From Guillardia theta CCMP2712 (lineage: Eukaryota; Protista; Cryptophyta): 64,000 nt of DNA. Positions 12,976 through 27,347 of the stretch are shown here, piece by piece. How positions within the stretch are numbered: the stretch's first letter is position 1; the number at the start of each line of letters is the position of its first letter. Made by a program: the position numbers and the translations under genes. Under the pieces are notes generated by a model, which was given only the letters and a program-made list of their open reading frames with translations, searched no databases and was not told the origin of the DNA. The stretch spans positions 145,449 to 209,448 of the forward strand of contig NW_005434608.1 in NCBI RefSeq assembly GCF_000315625.1, read 5' to 3'.

Positions 12976-13797
12976 TTATGCTCTTTGGTCGATTGATTTG
13001 TCGCCAGAAAGGTCAGCCACGGTTTCGGATGACTCGGAGGTCAAGTGAACAGTACTACTGGATCGGATGTAGGAAACATCGATGAGATTCTGAGATTCTT
13101 CTGGACTTGTGCGTCCCTGCTGTGAGGAGAGTAGATCATCCAGATACTGAGCAGCCTTGAATTGAAGGTCTGACACTTTCTACAGGGAGAACTCAGAATT
13201 GTCTGTTTTCAGTGGAATTATCTTTCCAATATCATCTGGTACAGGGCAGTCCATCTCCTTGGTAAGAAGGTAGGCGCGTCATGATGACAAATAATCTGCT
13301 TGAAGAATTGGAGGTGTTCTGCATGGAGGAAGGACCACACTGTGCTTCACTGCGAAGGACTATTGAATAAACCGTTCATTCAGAAGAAAGTAGGAGCTAT
13401 TTCTAAGTTCATCTCCCATAGATTGGGAACCTGTTGCCCTGCCCACCTGCGCTGTCGCGTTTTCACTTCCCTTGGCTCCTTTGAGGGTCTTGTAGAAGGC
13501 TTCAGTGTCACAAGCACCCGCCAAGCTCTCATCGTCGCTGTCGTCGGTGCTGGCAGAAACATGCGGATCCTGCGACATCGACAGCGCTCGCATGAAGCCG
13601 ATGCCTTGGAAGTCGTCCACCCATTCGGAGTGACTCGCCTCTTCGAAGCCGATGTTGAAGTCAAGCATGAGGTTGGAGCTGTTGGAGACAGGGCATGCAG
13701 CGAGGTCTGCAGAGCCGAAGAACGCATCGAAGACTTGTCGGGGTGCTGGCGAGCAGGAGACGGCGTCTTCAAGATTCATCGACATCGGATCGTGCAT
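12976..13797 (-). CDS. Hypothetical acidic protein, spliced
   Basis: Coding-like exon MHDPMSMNLED...ENATAQ|GT and a terminal exon ending ...KSIDQRA*; middle exon ambiguous. Confidence 0.4.
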
Positions 13798-14561
13798 TTT
13801 TGAATTGTTATTGCGAAGGAGAAACACAGGGAAGGAACACAAGGTGGATGAGGAAGAGAAGGACAGAAACCAGACGTGCTAGGAGGGAGAGAGGACGTCA
13901 AGTTGAGGGAGCTCGAACGCGGTAAGAGGAGAGAAACAGGAGTTCAGTGGAGCTGCTTTCGCAAACTACGCAGAATTTATACAGGAGTAGGAGTGGACTG
14001 GTTTTAATGGGGTCAGCCGCAGGCAGTCAAAACTCTGCAGACGGCCAGAGGGGTATTGGGGGCGAAGGTAAAAGCCTGCCCCATTTATCTTAGTACTCCA
14101 TTTGAGAAATCGAAGACCCTGAAGTGCAACTGGGAACTAGTGAATTCCTGACCCTCTTAAAACTTTACAACACACTGAAGTTGCGGCGGTACGTCCTGCG
14201 TCGGCTCCGCTCCGAGCCGGTAGGGGCCTCATCCCCCCTCAGGCTGCGCCTGCGTGTTACAGGGCAGGTCATAGCGCTCATGGCACATATCTCTCTTTAC
14301 AAACCAGTTATTGTCGAGAAGCTATGAACTTGAGGCCTTTTGTTGAAGGGTAACGTGACATTTAAAATATTTATAGGCAAGTAGCGAAACGATGCTTTTG
14401 ATAGTCGCACGGATCCCACCAAGTGGTCAACTGATGACCGGAGGTAATCGAAACGAGCTCTTTCCATACTGCGACTGGTCAACGACGGCCCCGATCACGA
14501 TACCCTCCCCTCTCTTCAACACCTGGGGGGCCATACCCTGCGCATCCACGAGCTCCTGGAC

Positions 14562-15472
14562 ATGAGCGCGTTCGTCTCAGTCATCCCTCGCCCCCGGAGC
14601 ATCAAGAGCCTCTCCTTCCCGCGTGAAGAGATCAAGATCACCGTCGAGCTTCTCCGTCCTCTCTTCTCGACCCGTCAGGAGCACGCTGCTGAATCCCTGG
14701 TAAGCACTGCACCATAGAGCGTCGAACTCCCGTCTGTCTGAAACCCTCTATCACCCACCTTTGTGCTCTGACCATCAGATTACTATGACTTCGGATGAAT
14801 GACTTTTGCATTCAGGGCATTTCTCTCACCACCCTTAAGGCAGCCTGCCGTCAGCTCGGCATCATTCGATGGCCGTACACTCGCAAGAAGTCACAGCGTG
14901 TCCCCGTGAGCCATAGTCAAGCAGGCTCGTCCATCGATGCCAAGATACGGGAACACCATGTCCTAGCCGAGAGCAGTCAAGGGGTCTCAGCTCAGAAGGT
15001 TGATGCTCCTGCGTGGGCCTCTGAGAGGTCAGGGCATGAACACGGCATCTACTTTGCTGAGCCTGCCGCTTCTTCGGGGTGCTCGAGTATCCTGTCGATG
15101 CATGAGGCCGAGGCGTCAAGTGCTGCACCATTTGTGGATACGGAGGAACATAGTCACTCCAACCATCCAGAAGCCTCCCAGTACCACATGGGTCCCTGTT
15201 GCGAGCATACGAGACCGCTCAAGAACTCATGGGGCAATGACACACAAGAACGTCGCGTGTACGAGGCGGATACGAGTTTGGTGTGGTCAGACGAGCCGGG
15301 ATGGTTGGCAAGTCAGGACATCATGGGAGCTGCTGGCCCGCACGCCGAGCTCACAGAAGATGCGGGAGGTCAGCATCCGCGGGGGATCGACAGGGATTGG
15401 CTGGCATGGTTTCTGCGGACGTCTGACGAGAGCGGAGACGTGACGAGCGACTGGATGTACGGACAGGCTTGA
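14562..15472 (+). CDS. RWP-RK domain transcription factor (paralogue 1), intron 14700-14815
   Basis: MSAFVSVIPRPR...ITVELLRPLFSTRQEHAAESL|GISLTTLKAACRQLGIIRWPYTRKK. Confidence 0.92.
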
Positions 15473-16050
15473 TTTGCACGATAGGAGCGTACGAGGGATG
15501 ATAGTGACAGCCCTAGATGGAGTCGTGGGTTCTGTGTGGGGATGAGATAGTGTTGTACATCAAAGACTTGGGAGTCCTCATAAACTCAACTCTGATTGAA
15601 GTGTTTGCTAATATTTACCTTAAGTTGATAAAATCCTTTCAGTTTGTCATACGAATGCTAGTGCCTCTTGGATGTGTATTACAGAGATTTGTACCCCGAG
15701 GGTGTAAGACTTATTCCCCACACCTGGAAATCACAAGGTGCATACTGCGGCGTGTTGAACCGGAGATGCGTACTCGAGCCATGCTGATTGCATGCTTGAT
15801 AGGGGTGCTGATGCATGCTTGCTTGGGAGTTATCCTTCAGGTACGTTCTATGGTTGGCATGCCATGTTTACTAACGCAGATCAAGCTTAAGGAAGGAAAT
15901 AACCCCAAGCCCGGAGGTCGTTTTGTTTCAAGATTGATCAGATGGTCTGTGAGCACTGAAGATGGAACCAATAAGTAACCACTCTGATCAGAAAGGCAAA
16001 GCGGCGTCTCGAATCAAGCAGACTTTTTCATCGAAGACCTCGCTCCCTTG

Positions 16051-16853
16051 CTACACCTCCTCCGAGTCATCGCCTACGCTTATGTACCAGGCGAGCCAAT
16101 CTCCGCTTATCCCCCCGAGCCCAGGTACTCCTGCTCGACCGTCCTTGAGTCCTCTATTGTCATCTCTGAGCCTGCCACCTCTGTTCTCCTCTGCTTGACC
16201 AGAGAGACATCGAGTCTCAGAAAGCTCTGAGAAGCTTTCTCCGCTCCTCGACTGATCCTCGCCAGGCCACCAATAGCACGACGACGCAGCATGCCCGTGA
16301 TTCCAGACCTTTTCGGGGCAATCGTCCGTTGACGCATCCGTTGAGAGGATCAGCGATGTGCTTGCAGCGTCCGCCTGCTGCTCGTTGCTGGCATATGGAG
16401 GATCATCGCTGACTTGCATCGGCATTACCCGCTTCGTCTCGTCCCATCCAGCACTTGCTCCCCTCCATCCGTCAAGACCCGCAGCTTGCGGAGGAGCGTC
16501 GGCGACAAGACCAGGTTCCTCAGGAGCAGCAAGCTCATCGCTTGACCCAGTCGCACCGGTGCTCATGGGCGTATTGGGCGCGTGCGTGCGCTCCTTTTTG
16601 TGCGTGTACGGCCATCGGAGTATGCCAAGCTGCCTGCAGCTGGCCTTGAGGGTGGTGAGGGAGATTCCCTGTGAGAGCAGATCAGGATGAGACAAGACGG
16701 AAAGAAATGCAGATGACTGACCAGAGTGTTTGCGACCTGCTCCTGACGGCAGTTGAAGAAAGGACGGAGGAGGTCGACGGTGAGGTGAACTTCTTGGGGT
16801 CGATGGTGGAAAGGGTTACGAGGACGAGGGATCACAGAAACGACTCGCTGCAT
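16051..16853 (-). CDS. RWP-RK domain transcription factor (paralogue 2), intron 16669-16721
   Basis: MQRVVSVIPRPR...LTVDLLRPFFNCRQEQVANTL|GISLTTLKASCRQLGILRWPYTHKK. Confidence 0.92.
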
Positions 16854-17566
16854 GTGCGGGAGGCTGTCTCAAGAGGAGGAGAAGGAGTCGGACGGGTCAC
16901 GCTGAAAAGAACGAATGCCTTTGGTTATAGGGGCTTGAAGCCGTGAGATGATGTCGTTGAAGTTCGTGAGGGGGGACGGACTAATTGAGCATACAAACTC
17001 AATTTTATTAGTATCAGGGAGAGGTGCGCCGTGAGAGGTGCGCCGTGACCGGGCTTATGAGATTATAACTCCTTTTTGCCAACCTCCGCAGGGACGCTCA
17101 TGGCACACCGAGGCAAGAGTGCGACATGCACAATCCGAATACGAGTGATTTCATTTATATCCGAGGCTGGTCCGATGGCGTCCGTGGACGTGATATAAAA
17201 CAGTTTGATGTCGGAGTTGCATCGAAGCTTCCTGAAGCATCTGGACGGATCTGGAGATTGATCTTAACCTTTGCGAAAAGCAGTGGTTTCAATTCATATC
17301 TTTGCTTTACTTTACGCACTGCCCCCCTTGATACCAGACCCTTTTTAAAGAGCCGCAGACTTTGTACTTCTCCTCCTCCTCCTCATATTCATATTCCTCC
17401 TCCTCCTCCTCCCCCTCATATATTCCTCCTTTTCCTCTTCACCATACATCTCCTTCTCGTCCTCCTCGCTTTAGTCCCCTTCTTTGTTACCATCCTCCAA
17501 TTCCGTCTCTAGCTTTTTGTGACCTCTCCTGCCTCTTGTTCTTGCTCCAACACACGCTGTGGTCTG

Positions 17567-18381
17567 ATGAGACGAACCGTCACCATCATGCCCCGTCCTC
17601 GCATCGGCACAGATGCCCTGACGATTCGCCAAGAGGTCGAGATCACCGTCGAAGTTCTTTCACCGCTTTTCGCGTCTCGACAAGAGAACGCTGCTCAAAC
17701 TCTGGTAAGCATGCTTTGCCATGTCAGCGCCCCTCCTTTCGTCTCATCCTAACTACCTGCTCTCTTTCCCAGGGCATATCGCTTTCAACCCTCAAGGCAG
17801 TCTGCAGGCAGCTCGGAATTTCACGTTGGCCGTATACGCGCAGAAGGAGGCGGGAGGCATCCTCCGAGAGTCGCGAAGGCTCCAACTCGTCCAGTCCGCT
17901 CAACGGAGATCACGGCATGTCAATAGAGCAGACGACTGGACAGACACAAGGGCAGCAGCAACAGGCGTTCATGGTAGCGGCAGAGGAGCAACAGGAGCAT
18001 TGCCAGGAAGAAGCGTGCTCGGTTGTTGTTGAACACACCACCGAAGCTATGTCTCATGGAATTGGCGGCGATTCCTCCCCTCCCCAACCTCCTGCCTCGT
18101 TTCCGTACGACCCTGTCACCGACTTCAGACCGAATATGCACGTGGGGGGGAGCAGCATGGCATGGCAGGGGGATGAGAGCACTTGGGACGAGCTTCTTGC
18201 TGGGGAGCAGGAGGCATCGGGCCGGTCTAATTCTCAAACTGAGTTAGGATGTAAGGCCTCCCTGGGGACGAGAGGAACAGGTGCTGCTCTGAGCAGCGAA
18301 CTTGACCGGATCGACCCAGGCTGGCTGTCCTGGTACCTGCATGGCAACGAGGAGTCAGAGGAAACGTGGCAGGGAACATGA
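17567..18381 (+). CDS. RWP-RK domain transcription factor (paralogue 3), intron 17705-17772
   Basis: MRRTVTIMPRPR...ITVEVLSPLFASRQENAAQTL|GISLSTLKAVCRQLGISRWPYTRRR. Confidence 0.92.
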
Positions 18382-18387
18382 CTGAAC

Positions 18388-18445
18388 AGAGCAGAGCAGA
18401 GCAGAGCAGAGCAGAGCAGAGCAGAGCAGAGCGAGAGCAGAGCAG
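18388..18445 (+). repeat. (GCAGA)n pentanucleotide repeat
   Basis: Tandem array running into the gap. Confidence 0.9.
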
Positions 18446-19267
18446 NNNNNNNNNNNNNNNNNNNNNNNNNNNNNNNNNNNNNNNNNNNNNNNNNNNNNNN
18501 NNNNNNNNNNNNNNNNNNNNNNNNNNNNNNNNNNNNNNNNNNNNNNNNNNNNNNNNNNNNNNNNNNNNNNNNNNNNNNNNNNNNNNNNNNNNNNNNNNNN
18601 NNNNNNNNNNNNNNNNNNNNNNNNNNNNNNNNNNNNNNNNNNNNNNNNNNNNNNNNNNNNNNNNNNNNNNNNNNNNNNNNNNNNNNNNNNNNNNNNNNNN
18701 NNNNNNNNNNNNNNNNNNNNNNNNNNNNNNNNNNNNNNNNNNNNNNNNNNNNNNNNNNNNNNNNNNNNNNNNNNNNNNNNNNNNNNNNNNNNNNNNNNNN
18801 NNNNNNNNNNNNNNNNNNNNNNNNNNNNNNNNNNNNNNNNNNNNNNNNNNNNNNNNNNNNNNNNNNNNNNNNNNNNNNNNNNNNNNNNNNNNNNNNNNNN
18901 NNNNNNNNNNNNNNNNNNNNNNNNNNNNNNNNNNNNNNNNNNNNNNNNNNNNNNNNNNNNNNNNNNNNNNNNNNNNNNNNNNNNNNNNNNNNNNNNNNNN
19001 NNNNNNNNNNNNNNNNNNNNNNNNNNNNNNNNNNNNNNNNNNNNNNNNNNNNNNNNNNNNNNNNNNNNNNNNNNNNNNNNNNNNNNNNNNNNNNNNNNNN
19101 NNNNNNNNNNNNNNNNNNNNNNNNNNNNNNNNNNNNNNNNNNNNNNNNNNNNNNNNNNNNNNNNNNNNNNNNNNNNNNNNNNNNNNNNNNNNNNNNNNNN
19201 NNNNNNNNNNNNNNNNNNNNNNNNNNNNNNNNNNNNNNNNNNNNNNNNNNNNNNNNNNNNNNNNNNC
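18446..19267. other. Assembly gap (about 820 N)
   Basis: Run of N flanked by (GCAGA)n and (CAT)n. Confidence 0.99.
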
Positions 19268-19315
19268 CATCACCATCACCATCACCATCATCATCATCAT
19301 CATCATCTTCTTCTT

Positions 19316-19350
<35 letters not shown>

Positions 19351-19377
19351 CCACCATCACCAGCATCATCACTTCCT

Positions 19378-19437
<60 letters not shown>

Positions 19438-19450
19438 CTCTTCCTTGCAG

Positions 19451-21901
19451 ATGCGACAGAGACGTTCCCTTGTCAGGTTCGGCGATCTCACCGGGGAGAC
19501 AAGGACCATCATGCTAGCAGTCAACCCTCACAGAACTGCCTTCCCTCCTCCGTGGGCTCGAGCTTCCGACTAGACTGTTGATGACGATGCAACCAGGAGC
19601 GTCATGCAAGCTCTGCCGATGGGAACTCCTCTCAAGCAGCAAGTTGGGGATGCGTGCAAAGCGTGAGGAGGAGGGGGAGGAGGAGGAGGAGGAGGAGGAG
19701 GAGGAGGAAGGAGGAGGAAGGAGGAAGGTGACATGCGAGCAGGTCATCGGAGCGAGGGTTTGTTTTCCTGTCTCCACGAGAGAACTCAGTCCTCGAGGTG
19801 CCTTCGACTACTTCTTCCCCAGTCTCGCACCTTGTGCCCTACCGACCCTCTTCTTCTTCCTTTCCTTCCTCTTGTCCATTCCATCTTTTGTTGCCCTTTC
19901 CATTCTTCTGTTGATGCTGGTAACGCTACTAATGCTCCTTTCCCTCCGACTCCTCCTCTCCTCCTCTCCTCCTCCCCTCCCTCCTCGTTTCTTCCTTAGG
20001 TTTTTCCTAGTCGGAACGTCTCCATCGTCATTCGCTTCCTATTAGCCGGTTAGTTGCTCGTTGCACAGCCGATGTCAACATGTCCATGGCAGCGAAGCTG
20101 ATGGGGAGATGCTGGAACGGGCACCTGCTGGAGCCAGGCAAGAGCCGGGGGAGGAGGAAGGAGAGGAGATAAAAGAGGAGGAACAGGGAAGAAGTTCAAC
20201 CACACTGAAGACGGCAGCGAATGTACGGAGGTCTCCCCAGACTTTACTCCTTCCTGCATGCTGAGGCTGTGCTCACAGTCTACCTCGATCGCCATGGTGG
20301 TCAAGTCGAAGAACCCGTAGGAGGAGGATGGGGGGTGAAGAGGAGGGAAGAGATTTGGTGGGGAGGGAGGAGGAGGAGAAGAAGGGGGAGGGGAGACGGT
20401 TCTCTTGATATCGATTGTCTCAGCCCTGAGCGGATTGTCGAGCTTGGATTTGAGGACTTTGTGGACAAGAAGGACCCGGAAAGCCCACAGCCACTGTTCC
20501 TCACGAGGGATTACTACGCCATGGTATGTAGGGAATATGCCTTGGAGTAGAGATGACGATACGAAGTGGAGTAGGTGGAGGGAGGGAGGGAGGGAAGGAG
20601 AGGGGAGATGGAGGGGGACGGGAAGGGGAGGGGAGGAAGGAAGATTGGGGAGGGGGAACGAGAGGAGGATGGGGCGGAGGCAGGGGTCGGGAGAGGGGAG
20701 GTGCAAGGGGATGGGCGAGGGGAGAAGGGGAGAGGGAAGGAGTGGAGGGGAGCCGAGGAAAGGAAAGGAAGGTGATAGAGGAAAAGGGGGCATAACGCTG
20801 ATGCTCGAGTGCCGCAGGGACTCTCAGCGGGAGAGAACGTCGTTGAAGTCAAAGTCGGGCAGTATGACACCTCCAACCGGTCAGGACCAATCAAGGCAAG
20901 AGACTGCAGAGGAGGAGAAAGAAGAAAGAGCGAGGGGGAAATGAGAGGGAGGTAGAGCAGGGGATAAGAGAAGATCGATAGGGGGAGGATGAGGGGTGAG
21001 AACGAGAAGGATTCCAGGAGGGAAGGACGCGGAAGATGAGGACAGAAAGAACAAGAGGAGGAGGAAGACAGGAACGGGATGGAAAGAGATCTCAGAAACG
21101 GGTGGGTATGGAGTGTCTGGAGGAGGACAGGAACGTTTTTGCCCACCTCACTCCTCCCTCAGTCTGTTTTGAACGCCAGCATGTCTTTCTTTATCGCCTT
21201 CAAGGAGCTCACGTCCCAAGTGCCGTTTGCGACTCCCTCAGGTTAATCCCGTCTAAAGCTGCGCCAAAGCTCACTGAAAGAGCAGGGGCAGGGGCAGGAG
21301 CAGGGGCAGGGGCAGTGGGATTGATAAAAACGTTTGTGGTGAGGCTTCAGCTGGGGTCTGTTGTTCACGTTGACTCTTGTCTCAAGGTGAACATGGCGAG
21401 GCACGGGGAAAGATGGCTTAGAACAAGATCCCTCCTCATGCAGCTTGGCTTCCAAGATTTCCAAAGGTCTCCACCTGCTCCTCCTGCTCCTCCTCTTTGG
21501 CCTCGTCATGCGCTCCTCCTGCTCCTGCTCCTGCTCCTCCTCCTCCTCCTCCTCCTCCTGCTCCTCCTCCTGCTCCTGCTCCTCCTCCCCATCCTCCTCC
21601 TCTTTTTCCTCCCGTCCTCCTCCCTTGATCTCCTCAGAGTTGAATCAGATGGGATGCGTTCGACGCCTTGAAGGCTGACGCTCACGAGGAAATGCAGCTC
21701 TCACTTGGCGAATTCATGACGGGGACAGGTGACCCTTGTGGCTTGCTCTCCTCCCTCCTCCCTCCTCCCTCCTCCCTCCTCCCTCCTCCCTCCTCCCNNN
21801 NNNNNNNNNNNNNNNNNNNNNNNNNNNNNNNNNNNNNNNNNNNNNNNNNNNNNNNNNNNNNNNNNNNNNNNNNNNNNNNNNNNNNNNNNNNNNNNNNAAT
21901 A

Positions 21902-21987
<86 letters not shown>

Positions 21988-23251
21988 TGATGATGATGAT
22001 AATAACGATGACGATGACGATGATGATGATGATGATGATGATGATGAGGAGGAGGAGGAGGAGGAGGAGGAGGAGGAAGTGGAAGAAGTAGAGGAGAGAT
22101 GGAGAAGGATAGAAACAAGAATCCCCAAGAGAGAAGGAGGCGGACAGGCGTCAAGACTTTGACAGCTGTAAACTGGCAGGAGACCCCATGGACAATCATC
22201 TTGGAGGATGACATTGTACTCAACCCGAACTTTGAAATCTCCGCACTACCTGAGGTATTCTACTTCTTCCTACCCTACGATATCCTTCCGACCCTGCTGC
22301 TGCTGCTTCTTCTCCTCCTCGTTCTCGTCCTCCTTCCTCCTCCACTTCAACCTTCTCCGGCGCCCCAGTCTCCTCCTCTGCTTCATTCGAATTCAACCCA
22401 CTCCCTTCCTCTTCTCTGATTCTACCTGAAACGACCTTCAGGTTTTGACGACCCTCCCTGCGGATGCTCACATCGCCTACCTTGGGTTCTGTTTTCCTCG
22501 CAAAATGCAGGTTCGTGCCATCATCATCATCACCACCACCTTCTCCTCCATCATCATTGCCACCAGCATCATCATACACTTCCACCAGCATCATCACCAC
22601 CACCACCATTATCTTCGTCGTCGTTATCATCATCGTCGTCATCATCACCATCATCGTCGTCACCATCACTCCCCCCTGACTCATCTCAGCATTCTTCTGG
22701 CTGGTGGACTTTGGCAGGAGCATGCTGCACGCATGCCTACATGCTCTCACAGCAGGGAGCAGCTCTTCTCCTCCAGGTAGCGGGAGGGCGACGGGAGCGG
22801 GTCAGGCAGGGTGAAGTCGCTACAGGTCGTCCAGCCTCTAAGTGCCCCCATCGATGAGATGATGAGAGACGCATGCAACAGGTGCTACTTCATACTCCCT
22901 CCACTACTACCACTACCTCCTCCTCCTCCTACTCCTCCTCCTCCTCCTCCCTCTCTGCCCTCTCTGCCCTCTTCCCCTTCCTCTTCCTCTTCAGCCTCTT
23001 CCCCCGCCTCCTTATCATCACCAGCACCTCCAACATCCCCATCACTGTCGTCATCGTCATCCACCCAACAAGCTGTTCTGTGCACCCCATCCTTCACGCG
23101 TCTCCTCAGCATTCTCATTTCCCTTCTCTCCTCCTCACTCACTGCCAGCGGTATGTTACGTTGTTACATCGTTGAGCTCGGACCCTCCTCCTCCTACCAG
23201 GACTTCTTGCACGAAGGGATCTTCTTGCAGACCATCACCAAGGGAGTATGA
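19451..23251 (+). CDS. Glycosyltransferase family 25-like protein, multi-exon; 5' end lost in or near the gap
   Basis: Exons VNMARHGERW..L..LGF..FQR, WTIILEDDIVL, LPADAHIAYLG, CCTHAYMLSQQGAALL, PLSAPIDEMM follow the GT25 motif order; stop at 23251. Whether the exons at 19451-20880 belong to the same gene is inferred. Confidence 0.7.
21798..22080. repeat. 100-N gap followed by a compound (GAT)n(GAC)n(GAG)n microsatellite, probably intronic
   Basis: Seen directly. Confidence 0.9.
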
Positions 23252-23292
23252 TATGATCAAGACGCAGCTGCGGGCATGCAGACGAAAGTCTC

Positions 23293-23683
23293 TTATCGCT
23301 TCACTCTTGCTCGAACTAGCACAAAGATGATCCCTCCTGCTAGAACCGCCTCCGCTGCCCTGAACGCCCAGACTTTCGATCGCTCAGAGAACTTGGTCTT
23401 GAGCTTCTTCAGCTGCTCGTACTGCCTTCCTACCCAGGCATTGAACCTGCCAATGTCTCAATCACCTCCCCTCCTCACCCCCTCCCCTCCCCTCCCCTCC
23501 TCCAGTCTCACCGGTACCCCAAGTAGAAACTTGCTCCGCACATGACGGCACAGAGCGGCGCTGGGACATCGAGAGACCAGATTCCATCATGCTCCTTGGG
23601 AACGACTTGGTGTACCTGGAGGGAGAGAGTGAAACCAGCATCAGGTTGTCACTAGTTGGACGCTACTATCACCATCGCCCATG
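23293..23683 (-). CDS. Small hypothetical membrane protein with a C-terminal hydrophobic helix
   Basis: Last exon ...RQYEQLKKLKTKFSERSKVWAFRAAEAVLAGGIIFVLVRARVKR* (TAA 23293-23295), preceded by a purine-rich GT-AG intron. Upstream splicing ambiguous. Confidence 0.45.
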
Positions 23684-24344
23684 TCGTCAACTTCACTTCT
23701 TGCTTGTAACCATCCTCCTCTCAATTCCCTCCCCTCCCTTCCTCCCCTCCCTTCCTCCCCTCCCTTCCTCCCCTCCCTTCCTCCCCTCCCTTCCCCCTCC
23801 CCTCCCCTTCCCCTCCCATCCTCTCCTCCCCTCCGTAGGCCTGTTTGGAAAGCCTCGTGGTTTCAACGACTATGAGCCTCCTATGCTAGTCACCCGGCGT
23901 ACTGAAAACTGCCGGCCCGTCCGCCGGCCCGGACCAAGGGACCATGAACTTTTGGGAGATTTTGATCCAACAAGATTTTCTAGAAGTTCCTGTATGCACA
24001 TAGTAAAAGGTGAACTATTGATACGACGATTTCCCAAAAGCTCACAAGTTGAGTGATCCAGTTTGCTGGACCGGCGCTCGTGACATGCACATGCGAAGAG
24101 GGAGGAAGGTGGCGGGAGAGGCAGAGGAGGAAGAGAGAGGGAGCGATAAGCGGGTGGAGGTGTGATGAACTTCATGCTGAAGTGAGATCGATGGCTGGGA
24201 GAGAGGTTGTTCTTGTTGGATAGCAGGGGAGTGGGAAGTTTGTGTTTTATTGCAACTTGCCCCTCAGTCTACAATTGCGAGGTTGGCAACTTTGCAGTGG
24301 GCGTGATGAGAGCAATCTGGGTCGTCATGTTGTTGTAGTAGTAG

Positions 24345-26018
<1,674 letters not shown>

Positions 26019-26309
26019 ACATGTCCCTTTACCAACCCGATGCCGTCGTTGCATGGCCAATGCCTTCTATCTGAAATCCACGTATACTTTTGCCATTTTT
26101 TCCTTTCAATGAAGTTTGAAATGGAGGAATGGAGGACTCTACAACAAGAAGGACTCCTGCCTATCAAGCGAACTATCTCTTATTATCAAATCAACAATCT
26201 ACTTCGAACGAGCATTAAACAACATCCATTGAGAAGTTTCGGATCCATCATCACCGACTCTCCGGTCAACCCTTCCCTGTGGTGTTTGCGACCATTTACA
26301 ACGATGGGA

Positions 26310-27347
26310 TCAAATCTGGTCGATAACCGCAGCAAGACACATCACCTACCAACAGCGAGGAACAAGCATAGTCAGGTTGTCTTGAACCCACAGAAACGAG
26401 AAGCGGGGTAAGGTGCGGAGGGCAGAAGCATGCTCGACCATAGACGAGGAGAAGCAAGGATGAAGAAGGATGGAGGAAGGAGTAGGCGAAGGAGCGGGAA
26501 CAGGAGCGGGTCGGGCGGGAATAGCAGGAGCAGGAGGCGCAGGAGGAGCAGGAGCAGGATGAGCAGGATGAGCAGGAGCAGCAGGAGCAATAGAGGTTGA
26601 AACTCACCAACGCTACGTCCAGTCCTGGCGCCACCTCTATCATATACATCTTGTCCTCAGTCGGGATGTGCCTTGTCGACAACTTCCTGCTCTGCATGCA
26701 CTTCATGTCAGACATCGACCCTGCTAAGACAAGATGCTGAGCTCACTGCTCGGGCTACTCGTCGTCCTCCCTCCTGCGAGCAATCCTCGATGTAGTACTC
26801 CTTGGCCTGTAGGCTGCCTCGGACCGCTAGAATGGGAGCGGGGAACGAGATTTCATCGGTCATGGAGGGGAAGGGCTCTGGCAGGATGTTCACGAGGAGG
26901 AGGCCCGAATCATCAGTCCTTCCTCTCCCTTCCTTCCTCGCAACTCGTGCGCGAACTCGGTCTGACACGAGAAGAAACCACTCGTCGGAGGATGGAGAAC
27001 GCCTGAGGATATGCTGGGGAGGAGGGTTTCAGGGGCAAGAAACTATACAGGCTCCCACTTACCGCATGATCAAGGCCTCCAGGAAGCATCAGTTTCCCTG
27101 TATCTCCTCCAACCACGAGGAACAGACTTACACCATTGATATCCTTCACCATCTTCGGCTCCTTTCCCCTACCGATCCCTTCCTCCCACATGCAAAACAT
27201 CGGCGCGTCATTGATGAAGTGAACTCTGGTGTCCTGCAAGGCTGTGATCCTTCTGAGAGGCATGCGTACTTCGATGTCGTCTCCTTCCTCCCCCCTCCTC
27301 TCCCTCTCTCGGCCACAGCACGCGCTGCTTCCTCCCTGCCCCATCAC
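26310..27347 (-). CDS. LURP-one/Tubby-C-like (Tub_2) protein, possibly N-acylated
   Basis: VRGSLQAKEYYIED...RVARA and DKMYMIEVAPGLDVAL-VMCLAAVIDQI* match the LURP-one C-terminal pattern. N-terminus MGQGGSSACCG. Confidence 0.6.

Noticed and set aside
17165-17346. GGCTGGTCCGATGG matching the 5' end of vertebrate Y RNA, with a loose complement and T-run about 170 nt later
   Set aside because: Only a 14-nt match; the closing stem needs extra bulges and the length is atypical. An Infernal search with the Y_RNA model would settle it.
18227-19517. 380-aa ORFs on both strands
   Set aside because: Made almost entirely of N gap plus microsatellites.
21668-22223. Poly-Asp, poly-His and poly-Ser ORFs
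   Set aside because: Trinucleotide microsatellite next to a gap inside the GT25 gene.
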